From positions 64,001 through 128,000 of the forward strand of contig JAWLBL010000007.1 in the NCBI GenBank assembly GCA_041687695.1: DNA of 64,000 nt. Direction: 5' to 3'. Below the pieces are notes generated by a model. It worked only from the letters and a program-made list of their open reading frames with translations, searched no databases and was not told the origin of the DNA. The stretch comes from Myxococcota bacterium (GTDB lineage Bacteria > Myxococcota_A > UBA9042 > PHBI01 > JAWLBL01). The translations under genes and the position numbers were made by a program. Of this stretch, positions 33,213 through 43,600 are shown in pieces. How positions within the stretch are numbered: the stretch's first letter is position 1; each line of letters begins with the position of its first letter.

Positions 33213-34584
33213 GGCCGTCGCGCCTCGGCTCGTCCTGGCGGCGCTGGCGCTCGCGTCGGCCTCGGGAGCCTGCGCCGACGCACCCGCCGGCGCCCCGCCC
33301 GACGCGGTCGATCCGCAGCACCTCGCCCAGCTGATGGACCCGGCCACCTGCGCGCCCTGCCACGCCGAGCACTACCGCGAGTGGTCGGGCAGCATGCACG
33401 CCTACGCGGCCGACGATCCGGTCTTCCTCGCGATGAACGCGCGCGGCCAGCGCGAGACCGGGGGCGCCCTGGGGGACTTCTGCGTCTCGTGCCACGCGCC
33501 CATGGCCGTCCGCACCGGCGCGACCACCGACGGGACCAACCTCGACGAGGTCCCGCAGCACCTGAAGGGCGTCACCTGCTACTTCTGCCACTCGGTCGAG
33601 GCGGTCGAGGGCACCCACAACAACCCGCTGCGCCTGGCCACCGACGGCGTCATGCGCGGGGGGCTGCGCGAGCCGGTCGACAGCGGCTTCCACGCCTCGG
33701 CCTATTCGCCGCTGCACGACCGCAACCGCATGGAGTCCTCGGATCTGTGCGGCAGCTGCCACGACATCGTCGCGCCGCCCGGCGCCCACATCGAGCGCAC
33801 CTTCCACGAGTGGCGCGGCAGCGTCTTCGGGCGCGCCGGCAGCCCCAGCGCGCTGACCTGCGGCGGCTGCCACATGGACGGCCGCGACGCCGCGGTGGCG
33901 GCCGGCGCCGACATGCCCATCCGCCGCGCGCACAGCCACGCCATGCCGGGCGTCGACGTCGCGCTGACCGAGTGGCCCCAGCGCGACGAGCAGCGCGCCG
34001 CCATCCAGGCGCTGCTCGACACCACGGTGCGCGCCGAGCTGTGCGTGTGGCCGCACGCGGGGGGCGCCGACGTCCAGGTCCTGCTCGAGAACGTCGCCGC
34101 CGGCCACAGCTTCCCCAGCGGCGCCGCCCAGGACCGCCGGGCCTGGCTCGAGCTGGTCGCCGAGGCCGACGACGCCGTCCTGTTCGAGACCGGCCGCGCG
34201 GCCGAGGGGCAGCCCCTGGCGTCCCTCGACGACCCGCACCTGTGGGTGTTCGGCGACAAGATGCGCGACGCCGCGGGCCAGCCGACCCACGACTTCTGGG
34301 AGGCCGCCAGCTACGAGAGCGAGCTGCTGCCGGCCGCCACGGCCTTGTCGCCCCTGGACCCGGCGTGGATCGACACCCACGTCATCCGCACCTTCGGCGT
34401 CGTCGGCGCCCCCTCGCGTGTCGAGATGCGCCTCAAGCTGAGGCCCATCGCCCTGGACGTCATCGACGACCTCATCGCCAGCGGCGATCTCGACCCCAAG
34501 CACCGCGACGCGCTGCCCACCTTCACCTTGAAGGCCACCGAGCTGGTCTGGACGCCGGATCTCGACACGCCCTGCGTGCCCTGA
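33193..34584 (+). CDS. Pentaheme c-type cytochrome lipoprotein
   Basis: Five CxxCH motifs (CAPCH, CVSCH, CYFCH, CGSCH, CGGCH); EWSGSMHA; GHSFPSG. Start uncertain. Confidence 0.9.
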   Translation: MSASRAEAVAPRLVLAALALASASGACADAPAGAPPDAVDPQHLAQLMDPATCAPCHAEHYREWSGSMHAYAADDPVFLAMNARGQRETGGALGDFCVSCHAPMAVRTGATTDGTNLDEVPQHLKGVTCYFCHSVEAVEGTHNNPLRLATDGVMRGGLREPVDSGFHASAYSPLHDRNRMESSDLCGSCHDIVAPPGAHIERTFHEWRGSVFGRAGSPSALTCGGCHMDGRDAAVAAGADMPIRRAHSHAMPGVDVALTEWPQRDEQRAAIQALLDTTVRAELCVWPHAGGADVQVLLENVAAGHSFPSGAAQDRRAWLELVAEADDAVLFETGRAAEGQPLASLDDPHLWVFGDKMRDAAGQPTHDFWEAASYESELLPAATALSPLDPAWIDTHVIRTFGVVGAPSRVEMRLKLRPIALDVIDDLIASGDLDPKHRDALPTFTLKATELVWTPDLDTPCVP

Positions 34585-34599
34585 CCGCCGGGCGCCGCC

Positions 34600-35301
34600 T
34601 CAGGTCCAGACCTCCATCGACAACCCCCGCGCGTCCCTCGGCGGGTCTGCCGGCAGCCGCCGCCCCTGGCCGCGCGCGATGTGGGCGGCGGTGACCGTCA
34701 GCGCCACCGCGTCGACCAGGTCGTCCATCGCGACGCCCGCGCCCCGCAGCGGGCGCCGAAGCCCGCGCAGCGCGGCCTCGTCCAGCGGCGGCAGGCGCGG
34801 ATCCCGCGCGAGCGCGTCCAGACGCTCGGCGCGCCCCTCCGGCCGCTTCTTGTTGCCGCGCATGGGCGCCCCTGAAAGGCGCGCGAAGGCCAGCTCCGGG
34901 TGGGCCTCGACGATCCGCCGCTGCGCCTCGGCCGTCATCAGCGCGTCCACCTCGCGGATCCTGGGCAGCAGGTGGAAGCCCTGCAGCGTCATCCCACGGC
35001 CGCGGACGTCCTCCCACCGCGTGGCGTCCAGGACGACGCGGGCCGGCGGGCTGAAGACGCTGACGGCGCGGCGACCCAGCACCCGCCGCGCGGCCCGGTC
35101 GGCCTCGCGACCCCCGGGCGCCGGCACGTCGGGCAGGCCGATGGGCATGTCGACGGCCACCGCCAGCGCGTCGCGGGTGACCTCGAGCACGTCTTCGAAG
35201 CGAGGGCAGGCGACGGCCGAGAGGGGGTCCCGCGGCGCGTCCGGCCGCAGCTGGCGCAGCACGACGACCCAGGCCCCGCGCGCCGCGTCGACGCCCGCCA
35301 C
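34600..35301 (-). CDS. DUF429 family protein
   Basis: GVD...GAW, VDMPIGL, EAHPE, NKK-x-x-EG and DDLVDA motifs. Confidence 0.88.
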   Translation of the reverse strand: MAGVDAARGAWVVVLRQLRPDAPRDPLSAVACPRFEDVLEVTRDALAVAVDMPIGLPDVPAPGGREADRAARRVLGRRAVSVFSPPARVVLDATRWEDVRGRGMTLQGFHLLPRIREVDALMTAEAQRRIVEAHPELAFARLSGAPMRGNKKRPEGRAERLDALARDPRLPPLDEAALRGLRRPLRGAGVAMDDLVDAVALTVTAAHIARGQGRRLPADPPRDARGLSMEVWT

Positions 35302-35327
35302 ATGGCCCCAGGGGCTGCTCGTCTCGC

Positions 35328-36272
35328 TCAGAAGCCGCCTCCGAACTGAACGCCCAGGTACCCCGGACCCGCCGACGGCATCACGCCCACGGTCGGTGAC
35401 ACGTCGGGCGGCACCTCTCCGTCGGCCAGGGGGGCGTACGGCTCGTCGTCATAGTCGTAGTGGAGCAGCGTCGGCAACACGTACCCGGAGGCGAGCCCCA
35501 CGGCCGCCCCGAGGAGCACGTCGGTCGTGTGGTGCTTGTCGGCGACGACCCGCAGGGCCGCGCTGGCGCCGGCCGCCGCCAGGGCCGCGCCGCACGCGAT
35601 GCGGTCGGCCGCGCCGCCGCCGTACAGGGGCAGCTTGCGGTGGTGGGCGCAGATGAGGCCGGCGCCGGTGAAGGCCACCGCGGCGTGGCCGCTGAAGAAG
35701 CTCTCGTTGGCGACGTTCTCGTTGCAGTCGGGCGAGCCCGGCTCCGCGCACTCCTGAGTGTAGGGGCGCGCGCGGCGGCCCAGGCGCTTGACGACCGTGG
35801 TGACCAGCCCGGTCAGCGCGTACGACTGCCCGTTGATGAGGCTCATCTGCAGCGCCACCTCGGGCGACCGGTGGTAGGCGCCGGCCACCAGCCCCGCGTC
35901 GACCAGGGTCGGGTAGGCGAGCAGGCCGTAGTTCAGGACGTCGCTGATGTCGTCGGCCGTGCGCCGCCCCTCGGGCGTGTCGGCGCGCAGCCGGTCACGC
36001 ACGGCGTCGTCGAACAGCACGCCGCCGGTCCACCGGAAGCCCTTCTTCTGCGGGACCAGGAGATCCTTGGCCAGCAGCCCGCCGACGAACAGGCCCGTGG
36101 CGGCGTACTCCGCGGCCCGGAACCTGGGCGCTCGAGTCGGCCACGACAGGCGAGGCTCCGTGCGCATGACGGACTCGACGGCCTGGGCGGGAGGCGCCGC
36201 GGAGGCGATCGTCGTCGCGGCGGCGCCGCAGAGCAGGAGGGCGACGGTCAGGGCCTGAGGGCGGACGGGCAT
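35328..36272 (-). CDS. PAP2 family phosphatase
   Basis: K-x6-RP, SFFSGH and RVVADKHHTTDV motifs. Confidence 0.9.
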   Translation of the reverse strand: MPVRPQALTVALLLCGAAATTIASAAPPAQAVESVMRTEPRLSWPTRAPRFRAAEYAATGLFVGGLLAKDLLVPQKKGFRWTGGVLFDDAVRDRLRADTPEGRRTADDISDVLNYGLLAYPTLVDAGLVAGAYHRSPEVALQMSLINGQSYALTGLVTTVVKRLGRRARPYTQECAEPGSPDCNENVANESFFSGHAAVAFTGAGLICAHHRKLPLYGGGAADRIACGAALAAAGASAALRVVADKHHTTDVLLGAAVGLASGYVLPTLLHYDYDDEPYAPLADGEVPPDVSPTVGVMPSAGPGYLGVQFGGGF

Positions 36273-36488
36273 GCGGTTTTCAACTCCTGGCTCTCAAAGA
36301 GCTTTTGGTGCGTGTCGGCGCCCGGGCACGCTAGTGGCGCGTGGCGCGGTGGGGCAAGGTTCGGGAATACTTCCGCTTCGAGGCGGCCCCAGGCGGAACT
36401 TTCGCGGCGGCTGCGCGTCCATGCCTCAGCGTCGGCCGGTCCGGCCGCGCGCCTTCCCCTCCCATCCCCGCCGCAGGAGGCCATGCCC

Positions 36489-38921
36489 ATGTCCTTGCAC
36501 TCGTCCGCCCGCGCCGCCGCGCCTCGTCGCGAGCGGCCCTCGATGGCCTCGAGGGTCGCGCTGCTGATGGCCCTGGGCCTGGTCCTCGCCGCCACGCCCG
36601 CGCTCGCCTCGCGCGAAGCCTCGGGGCCCGACCGCTCGGGATCGCCGTACTTCGTGGTCAAGGGCGCCGCCGAGGGCGACACCGAGGCCCTGCCGCTCGA
36701 GTCGACCCGCGCCGACGTCCACGTCGCCGGCACCATCGCCCACGTCAAGGTGACGCAGGTCTACAAGAACGCCGGCAAGTCCCCCATCGAGGCCGTCTAC
36801 GTCTTCCCGGGCTCGACGCGCGCCGCCGTGTTCGGCATGCGCATGAAGGTCGGCGAGCGCACCGTCGTGGCCAAGATCCAAAAGCGCGAGGAGGCCCGCA
36901 AGACCTACGAGGACGCCAAGGCCCAGGGCAAGACGGCCAGCCTGCTCGAGCAGCAGCGCCCGAACGTCTTCCAGATGAACGTCGCGAACATCCTGCCGGG
37001 CGACCGGGTCGAGGTGCAGCTCGACTACACCGAGCTGCTCGTGCCCGACGAGGGGGTCTACGAGCTGGTGTACCCGGCGGTGGTGGGGCCCCGCTACGTC
37101 GGCGAGCGCACCGACGAGCAGGCCAAGCAGGACGGGTGGACGGCGACGCCGCACACGCGCAAGGGCGAGGCGCCGAGCTACGACTGGGACCTGAACGTGC
37201 GCCTCGCGGCCGGCGTGCCCATCCGGTCGGTCGTGTCGCCGTCGCACGCGCTGAAGGTCACGGGCCTGGGTCAGCCCGAGGCCACCGTCGCCCTGAACGA
37301 CCCGCGGCCCGGCGGCGACCGCGACTTCGTGCTGCAGTTCAAGCTGGCCGGCGAGGCCATCTCGTCGGGGCTGGTCCTGTACCCGGGCGAGGACGAGAGC
37401 TTCTTCCTGATGATGGTGCAGCCGCCGGCGCGCGTTGCACCCAAGGACCGCCCGCGGCGCGAGTACGTCTTCATCCTGGACGTGTCGGGGTCGATGCACG
37501 GCTTCCCGCTGGACACGGCCAAGGCGCTGATGCGGCGCCTCATCGCCGGGATGGACCGCGAGGACGCCTTCAACATCATGTTCTTCTCGGGCGGCGCCAA
37601 GGTGCTGGCCGAGCGCAGCCTGCCGGTCACCGACGCCAACCGGGACGCGGCCCTGGCCATGATGGAGTCGATGCGCGGCGGCGGCGGGACCGAGCTGGTG
37701 CCCGCGCTGCGCCGCGCGCTGGCCATGCCGGCCGACCCCGAGGTCTCGCGCACCTTCGTCGTCGTGACCGACGGCTACGTGTCGGTCGAGAACGACGCGT
37801 TCGAACTCGTCCGCGACAACCTGGGCAAGGCCAACCTGTTCGCCTTCGGCATCGGCTCGAGCGTCAACCGCCACCTCATCGAGGGGCTGGCGCGGGCGGG
37901 GCAGGGCGAGCCCTACGTCGTGCTGGGCGGCGACGACGCCCCCGTCGTGGCCGACAAGTTCCAGAAGGTCATCGAGTCGCCGGCCCTGACGCGCATCAAG
38001 GTGGCCTTCGAGGGCTTCGACGCCTACGACGTCGAGCCGGCGCAGGTGCCCGATCTGTTCGCGCAGCGGCCCGTGGTCGTCTTCGGCAAGTACCGCGGCC
38101 AGCCCAAGGGGCGCATCAGCGTGCGCGGCGTCACCGGCGCCGGCGGCTTCGGGACCTTCGTCGAGGTGGCCAAGACCGCGCCCAGCAAGGACAACTCGGC
38201 GCTGCGCTACCTGTGGGCCCGCCACCGCATCGCGGCGCTGTCGGACATGAACCGGCTCATCAAGAGCGACGAGCGCGTGCAGGCCGTCACGCAGCTGGGC
38301 CTCGCCTACAACCTGATGACCCAGTACACCAGCTTCGTCGCGGTCGACGAGCGGGTCCGCAACGACGGCGGGCAGCAGAAGACCGTCCAGCAGCCGCTGC
38401 CCCTGCCGGCCGGCGTCGAGGAGACCGCGGTCGGTGGCGGGCCGGGCGGCATCGGCTTCTCAGGCACCGGCATGGGCGGCGGAGGCGCGGGCATGGGCGG
38501 CCTGGGCGGGGGACCGCGGGTCCATGGACTCCGATCGGCGCCCAGTGGCCGGCCCTCAGCCAAGCCGGTCAAGGAGGCCGAGGCGCCCTCGAGCCAGGCG
38601 AAGCTGCAATCGATCGCGGTCAAGGGCGCGCTCGACCAGGAGGTCGTCAACCGCGTCCTGCGCACGCGCCTCAACGCGTTCCGGGCCTGCTACGAGCAGT
38701 CGGTGCTGCGAGGCGACCCCACGGCCCAGGGCAAGGTGACGGTGAAGCTGGTCATCGGCGCCGACGGCAAGGTCACCCAGGTCACGCTGCCCTCGATCGC
38801 CAAGGGGCTCGGGCCCATGAGCGATTGCCTGCAGCGGATGATGCGGCGCGTGGTCTTCCCGGCCCCCAAGGGCGGCGGCGTCGTGCTCGTGCAGTTCGAC
38901 CTCGTCCTCCAGACCCGCTGA
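36489..38921 (+). CDS. Secreted VIT + vWA protein with AgmX/PglI (TonB-C-like) C-terminal domain
   Basis: VIT (IEAVYVFP, SLLEQQRPNVF); MIDAS DVSGSM, GGTE and VTDG; TQYTSFVAVD; Gly-rich linker; FRACYE...GKVTVKLVIGADGKV. Confidence 0.9.
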   Translation: MSLHSSARAAAPRRERPSMASRVALLMALGLVLAATPALASREASGPDRSGSPYFVVKGAAEGDTEALPLESTRADVHVAGTIAHVKVTQVYKNAGKSPIEAVYVFPGSTRAAVFGMRMKVGERTVVAKIQKREEARKTYEDAKAQGKTASLLEQQRPNVFQMNVANILPGDRVEVQLDYTELLVPDEGVYELVYPAVVGPRYVGERTDEQAKQDGWTATPHTRKGEAPSYDWDLNVRLAAGVPIRSVVSPSHALKVTGLGQPEATVALNDPRPGGDRDFVLQFKLAGEAISSGLVLYPGEDESFFLMMVQPPARVAPKDRPRREYVFILDVSGSMHGFPLDTAKALMRRLIAGMDREDAFNIMFFSGGAKVLAERSLPVTDANRDAALAMMESMRGGGGTELVPALRRALAMPADPEVSRTFVVVTDGYVSVENDAFELVRDNLGKANLFAFGIGSSVNRHLIEGLARAGQGEPYVVLGGDDAPVVADKFQKVIESPALTRIKVAFEGFDAYDVEPAQVPDLFAQRPVVVFGKYRGQPKGRISVRGVTGAGGFGTFVEVAKTAPSKDNSALRYLWARHRIAALSDMNRLIKSDERVQAVTQLGLAYNLMTQYTSFVAVDERVRNDGGQQKTVQQPLPLPAGVEETAVGGGPGGIGFSGTGMGGGGAGMGGLGGGPRVHGLRSAPSGRPSAKPVKEAEAPSSQAKLQSIAVKGALDQEVVNRVLRTRLNAFRACYEQSVLRGDPTAQGKVTVKLVIGADGKVTQVTLPSIAKGLGPMSDCLQRMMRRVVFPAPKGGGVVLVQFDLVLQTR

Positions 38922-39079
38922 CCGGAGGCGACCGGCGCGGGGTGTCCTCGAGGCAGCGTCAAGGCTGCTCTCGGGACGCTCCGCGCCGCAGCCCGCGCAG
39001 GCGAGGCGGTCGACGACGCGATTGACCGCCTCCCGCCGCGGGCGCCATGCTGGCGGCCCCTGCGGCGAGTGGAGGCGGC

Positions 39080-39937
39080 ATGCGTGCGTCGATGCGGTGG
39101 ATGGTGCTGGTGGCCGGCCTGGCCCTGACGACCGCCTGCGGCGGCGGAGACGGAGGCAGCGCGGACGTGCCGCCCGCCGAGACCGTCGATGCACCGGAGG
39201 ACGTGCAGGGCGCGCCCCGGCTCTCGGTCAGCCCGACCTCCGTGGCGTTCAGCGCGGTCCAGCCGCGCACGACGGCCGAGCGGCTGGTCACGGTGGCCAA
39301 CACCGGCGCGGCGCCGCTCGAGCTGACCGGGTTCGTGCTGCAGGGCGACAAGTCGTTGGCGCTCCAGGCCGCCGGCCAGGTCTGGGACGCGACGGCCAAG
39401 GAGGTCGAGCAGGCCTTCGATCCCGTCATTGTCGTCCCGGTCGGCGGCAGCCTCGGCTTGACGGTGCGCTTCACGCCCATGGACGCTACGCCGGCCGCGG
39501 CGACGCTGACGCTGCGCTCGAACGACCCCGACGCTGGCGAGGCCGCGGTCGTCACGCTGGTCGGCAACCCGCCGGCGCCGTGCCTCGAGGTGACCCCCAA
39601 GCAGGTGAGCTTCGCCGCCGCGGCCGGCGCGGCCGAGCAGACCCTGACGCTGACGTCCTGCGGGCAGGAGCCGCTGACCCTCACCGGCCTGGCCCTGGAC
39701 GCCTCCAGCGCCGCGGTCTTCTCGCTGGATCTGGGCGGGCTGGGCGGCCTGCCGGCGGGGACGAGCGCCCTGACCGAGCAGGACGACCCGGTCGTGCTGG
39801 CCAGCGGCACCTCGGGGACCGTGGCCGTCCGCTTCGACCCCGACGCCGGCGGGGCGGCCGCGGCTCAGGGCCTGGTCCGGATCGCCTCGGACCACGCGAT
39901 CCCTCTGGTCATCGTCCAGGTCGCCGCTACGAACTGA
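39080..39937 (+). CDS. Lipoprotein with two ASH/choice-of-anchor-D-like Ig domains
   Basis: Lipobox TTAC; V-x-P-x-x-V-x-F, N-x-G-x-x-PL, VRF-x-P and SND motifs. Confidence 0.8.
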   Translation: MRASMRWMVLVAGLALTTACGGGDGGSADVPPAETVDAPEDVQGAPRLSVSPTSVAFSAVQPRTTAERLVTVANTGAAPLELTGFVLQGDKSLALQAAGQVWDATAKEVEQAFDPVIVVPVGGSLGLTVRFTPMDATPAAATLTLRSNDPDAGEAAVVTLVGNPPAPCLEVTPKQVSFAAAAGAAEQTLTLTSCGQEPLTLTGLALDASSAAVFSLDLGGLGGLPAGTSALTEQDDPVVLASGTSGTVAVRFDPDAGGAAAAQGLVRIASDHAIPLVIVQVAATN

Positions 39938-41759
39938 CGCCCCGGGCGCGGCGGGTCGCCGCCCGCCCGATGAGCAGGCCCAGCGCCACGACTAGCAGCC
40001 ACTCGACCCCGCGCGGGTCGGCCGCGCAGCCGCCCAGGTTCGGCTTGGCGCTGTCGACCTTGGGCGGGGCCGCCGGGTCGCGCAGCTCGAGCTGCGCAGG
40101 CAGGCTGGGCGAGCCCGGCTGGGCGCCGTCGAGCAGGGCGTCGATCTCGGCCACCTGGTCCAGGTGAAAGCGCAGGGGCGCGCCCGTCTCGTCGAGCACC
40201 TCGGGGAACTCGAGCGCCGGCGCCCCCGGGACCGGCCCGACCGAGAAGGGGCAGCCGTCGTCGCCGCAGGCGACGGTGCGGGTCACGCCGTTGGGGTAGG
40301 TGCGCGTCTGGAACCGGTCGCAGCTCTCGTCCTGGAACTCGCGCAGCTGCAGCGCGTTGAGGCGCGGCACGTCCGGCAGCTGCGCGTTGAAGGCGAAGAG
40401 CGGGTCGCGGATCATCTCGTCCGGATCCAGCATCGTGAAGAAGCGGGTGACCGTGCGGTCCTTCATCAGCGGCACGATGTCACTGAGCGGTCCGACGACC
40501 GTGCGGTCCAGGCGCTGGCGCAAGGCCCCGAGGTCGACCGAGAGGGTGGCGTCGCCCTGACGGTCGGCCTGGTCGGCCGACCACAGCTGGCTGAGCCGGA
40601 CGGACGGCTCGGCGTCGGGGTCGGTCACCGGGACGCAGCCGTCGCCGCCCCCTGGGGCGTCGGCGGGGCGCCAGCACACGGCCTCTTCGATGACGTCGAT
40701 GACGAAGGGGACGTCCTCGGCGACGGTCCACAGCGCCTCGAGCACGGCCCGCAAGGAGTCGGCTGCCTGGAAGGCGGCAACGGCCTGGGGCGCGATGACC
40801 AGATCCGGCGCCAGCGCGACCGGTCCGGAGGACTCGGTGACCCAGGCGCGGCCGCTGGCGGTGTCGACGGCGTCTTTGACGACGTCGAAGTAGTTGGTGA
40901 CGTTGGGCCAGTCGAGCGCCATCGGGTTGACGACGGCGTGGATGAAGTTCTTGGGCACCGCGCGGCCCGGGCCGGCGACGAAGACCGTGATGGGCATGTC
41001 GGGGGTGGCGGCGATGCCCGTCAGGCGCAGCGGCACGCAGGGGGCCTGCTCGTTGAACGTCAGCGCGATGGGACGCAGGTCGCCGGTGTCCTTTCCGCTT
41101 TGCAGGCGGATGCCCAAAAAGACGTAGCCCAGCCCGAGGTAGTGCCCCAGCAGCTGCTTGGCCGCGGGGTCCTGGTAGTAGCCGTTGGCGTTGAGCCAGT
41201 CGTAAAGGGCCTGCGACGACTGCGCCTCGATGAGCTGCGCGTCGTAGGGGCCGACGCGGGCCGCGTCGACCACCTTGACGTCGGGGTCCGGGGACTCACC
41301 CCCGAGGTTGGGCGCGAAGCCGCCGCGGGCCGAGGCGGACACCTCTGATGCGCCACAGCTGAAGCCGTCACACTCGTCGTTGTCCTCGACGGAGCCGTTG
41401 ACCGTGAACTGCGGGACCGTCGCCGCGTCGAGCGCGTCGAACAGCCGCGGCGACGAGATGGTCACGGCCTCGTCGAGCGGCAGCGGCTGGCCGTCGGCGC
41501 CCTGCGGGTGCTCGGGCAGCGGCAGCAGCCAGGCGAACTCGGTCGGCTCGCCCTCGTAGCGGACCTCGATGTGCATCGTGACCCGCTGGCCGTGCTTGAC
41601 GAAGACGATGCGCTCGCCGGCCTGGTAGATGGGCGACTGGGTGGCGGCGCTGCAGAAGAAGCCGCCGCAGGCCCGCGCCGGGCTGGGCGCGAGGACCGAC
41701 ACGGACAAGACGGCCAGGGCCGCCGCGAGGGCGAACCGGAGGGCTCCGGGGCGGTTCAC
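39927..41759 (-). CDS. DUF2330 domain protein (paralog 2)
   Basis: ACGGFFC, QAGERIVF, FAWLLP, VGPYD, WLNANGY and PLRLT motifs; sorting tail GGC...RR; GTG overlaps the upstream stop. Confidence 0.88.
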   Translation of the reverse strand: MNRPGALRFALAAALAVLSVSVLAPSPARACGGFFCSAATQSPIYQAGERIVFVKHGQRVTMHIEVRYEGEPTEFAWLLPLPEHPQGADGQPLPLDEAVTISSPRLFDALDAATVPQFTVNGSVEDNDECDGFSCGASEVSASARGGFAPNLGGESPDPDVKVVDAARVGPYDAQLIEAQSSQALYDWLNANGYYQDPAAKQLLGHYLGLGYVFLGIRLQSGKDTGDLRPIALTFNEQAPCVPLRLTGIAATPDMPITVFVAGPGRAVPKNFIHAVVNPMALDWPNVTNYFDVVKDAVDTASGRAWVTESSGPVALAPDLVIAPQAVAAFQAADSLRAVLEALWTVAEDVPFVIDVIEEAVCWRPADAPGGGDGCVPVTDPDAEPSVRLSQLWSADQADRQGDATLSVDLGALRQRLDRTVVGPLSDIVPLMKDRTVTRFFTMLDPDEMIRDPLFAFNAQLPDVPRLNALQLREFQDESCDRFQTRTYPNGVTRTVACGDDGCPFSVGPVPGAPALEFPEVLDETGAPLRFHLDQVAEIDALLDGAQPGSPSLPAQLELRDPAAPPKVDSAKPNLGGCAADPRGVEWLLVVALGLLIGRAATRRARGVSS

Positions 41760-43600
41760 GAGCGCCTCCGGCGGCCGACGGTCGCCGCGCGGCCGACCAG
41801 CAGGCCCAGCGACAGGACCAGCAGCCACTCGAGGGCGCGCGGGCTGGCGCCGCAGCCGCCGACCTCGGGGCGGGCGTTGTCGAGCGAAGGCGCGGCGCCG
41901 GGCGGACGGATCTCCAGCTGCGCCGGCAGGCTGGGCGCGCCGGGCTGCGCCTTGTCGAGCAGGGCGTCGATCTCGGCGACCTGCTCGAGGTGGAAGCGGA
42001 TGGGGGCCCCCGACTCGTCGAGCACCTCGGGGAACTCGAGCGCGGGCGCGCCGGGGACCGGCGGGATGTCGAAGAAGGTGCAGCCGCCGTCCGCGCACGC
42101 CACGGTCTGGCTGTGGCCGTTGGGGTAGGTGCGCGTGTGGAACTGGTTGCAGGCGTCGTCCTGGAACTCGCGCACCCGCAGGGTGTTGAGCCGCGGCACG
42201 TCGGGCAGCTCGGGGTTGAAGGCGAACAGCGGGTCGCGGACCATCTCGTCGGGGTCGAGCATGGTGAAGAAGCGGGTGACGGTCAGGCCGTCGAGCATCG
42301 GCACGATCGACCCGAGCGGGGTCAGCACGGTCGCCTCGAGCCGGGCGTGCACGGCCGCGAGGTCGACTTCGACGGCCCCGTCACCCGTCGCCGCGCTCTT
42401 GGCGACCGCGACGTACGACGCCAGCCGGTCCTTCGGCGCCTCGGACGGCGCGCCCACGGGCTCGCAGTCGCCCTCGGGGTGGTCGGCGGGGTGCCAGCAC
42501 ACGAGATCGTCGAGCACGTCGACCACCATGGGCGCCTCCTCGACCAGGCTCTGGAGCGCCGAGGCCAGGGTGTGGAGCGTTTCGGCCTGTCGAATGTCGA
42601 GGAGCACCGCCGGCGAGACGACGGTGCCCTGGTCGAGCGGGACCACGCCCGACGACTCGGTCACCCAGGCGCGGCCGCTGGCCGTGTCGACGGCGTCCTT
42701 GATGACGTCGAAGTAGTTGGCGACGTTGGGCCAGTCGAGCGCCATCGGGTTGACGACGGCGTGGATGAAGTTCTTGGGCACGGCGCGGCCGTCGCCGGCG
42801 ACGAACACGGTGATGGGCATGTCGGGGGTGGCCGCGATGCCGGTCAGGCGCAGCGGCACGCAGGGGGCCTGCTCGCCGAAGGTGAGGGCGATGGGGCGGA
42901 GATCGCCCGTGCTCTTACCGCTCTGCAGTCGGATGCCCAGGAAGACGTAGCCCAGCCCGATGTAGTGTCCTAGCAGCTGCTTGGACGCGGGGTCCTGGTA
43001 GTAGCCGTTGGCGTTGAGCCAGTCGAACAGGGCGTCCGAGGACTTGGCTTCGAGGAGCTGGGCGTCGTAGGGGCCGACCCGCGCCGCTTCGACGACGTCG
43101 ACGCCGGGACGAGGAGCCGCCTGGGGCGGCGCGCCGAAGTCGCCGCCTCGGACGGAGCCCGCCTGGTCGGCGCAGCCGCCGAACTGGAAGTCACTGCACT
43201 CGTCGTTGCTGTCGAACTGGCTGTTCAGGTTGAACTGGGGCCGCGTCGCGCTGTCGAGGGCGTCGAAGAGCTTGGTCGACGACACGGTGACCGCCCGCTC
43301 GAGCGGCAGCGGCTGGCCCTGGGCGTCCTGCGGCAGCTCGGGCAGCGGCAGCAGCCACGCGAACTCGGTGGGCTCGCCCTCGTAGCGCACCTCGATGTGC
43401 ATGGTGACCAGCTCGCCGTGCTTGATGAACACGATGCGCTCGCCGGCCTGATAGATGGGCGACTGGGTGGCGGCGTTGCAGAAGAAGCCGCCGCAGGCGA
43501 GGGCGGGCTGCGGCGCCAGGAGGGCGGCCGACCACGCGGCGACGAGGGCGGCGAAGACGGCGGGTCCGGGGGCGCGGCGCAGGCCTTGCGTTCGCATCAT
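41756..43600 (-). CDS. DUF2330 domain protein (paralog 1)
   Basis: Same motifs as the adjacent paralog; signal peptide and C-terminal GGC-TM-RRRR tail. Confidence 0.88.
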   Translation of the reverse strand: MMRTQGLRRAPGPAVFAALVAAWSAALLAPQPALACGGFFCNAATQSPIYQAGERIVFIKHGELVTMHIEVRYEGEPTEFAWLLPLPELPQDAQGQPLPLERAVTVSSTKLFDALDSATRPQFNLNSQFDSNDECSDFQFGGCADQAGSVRGGDFGAPPQAAPRPGVDVVEAARVGPYDAQLLEAKSSDALFDWLNANGYYQDPASKQLLGHYIGLGYVFLGIRLQSGKSTGDLRPIALTFGEQAPCVPLRLTGIAATPDMPITVFVAGDGRAVPKNFIHAVVNPMALDWPNVANYFDVIKDAVDTASGRAWVTESSGVVPLDQGTVVSPAVLLDIRQAETLHTLASALQSLVEEAPMVVDVLDDLVCWHPADHPEGDCEPVGAPSEAPKDRLASYVAVAKSAATGDGAVEVDLAAVHARLEATVLTPLGSIVPMLDGLTVTRFFTMLDPDEMVRDPLFAFNPELPDVPRLNTLRVREFQDDACNQFHTRTYPNGHSQTVACADGGCTFFDIPPVPGAPALEFPEVLDESGAPIRFHLEQVAEIDALLDKAQPGAPSLPAQLEIRPPGAAPSLDNARPEVGGCGASPRALEWLLVLSLGLLVGRAATVGRRRRS

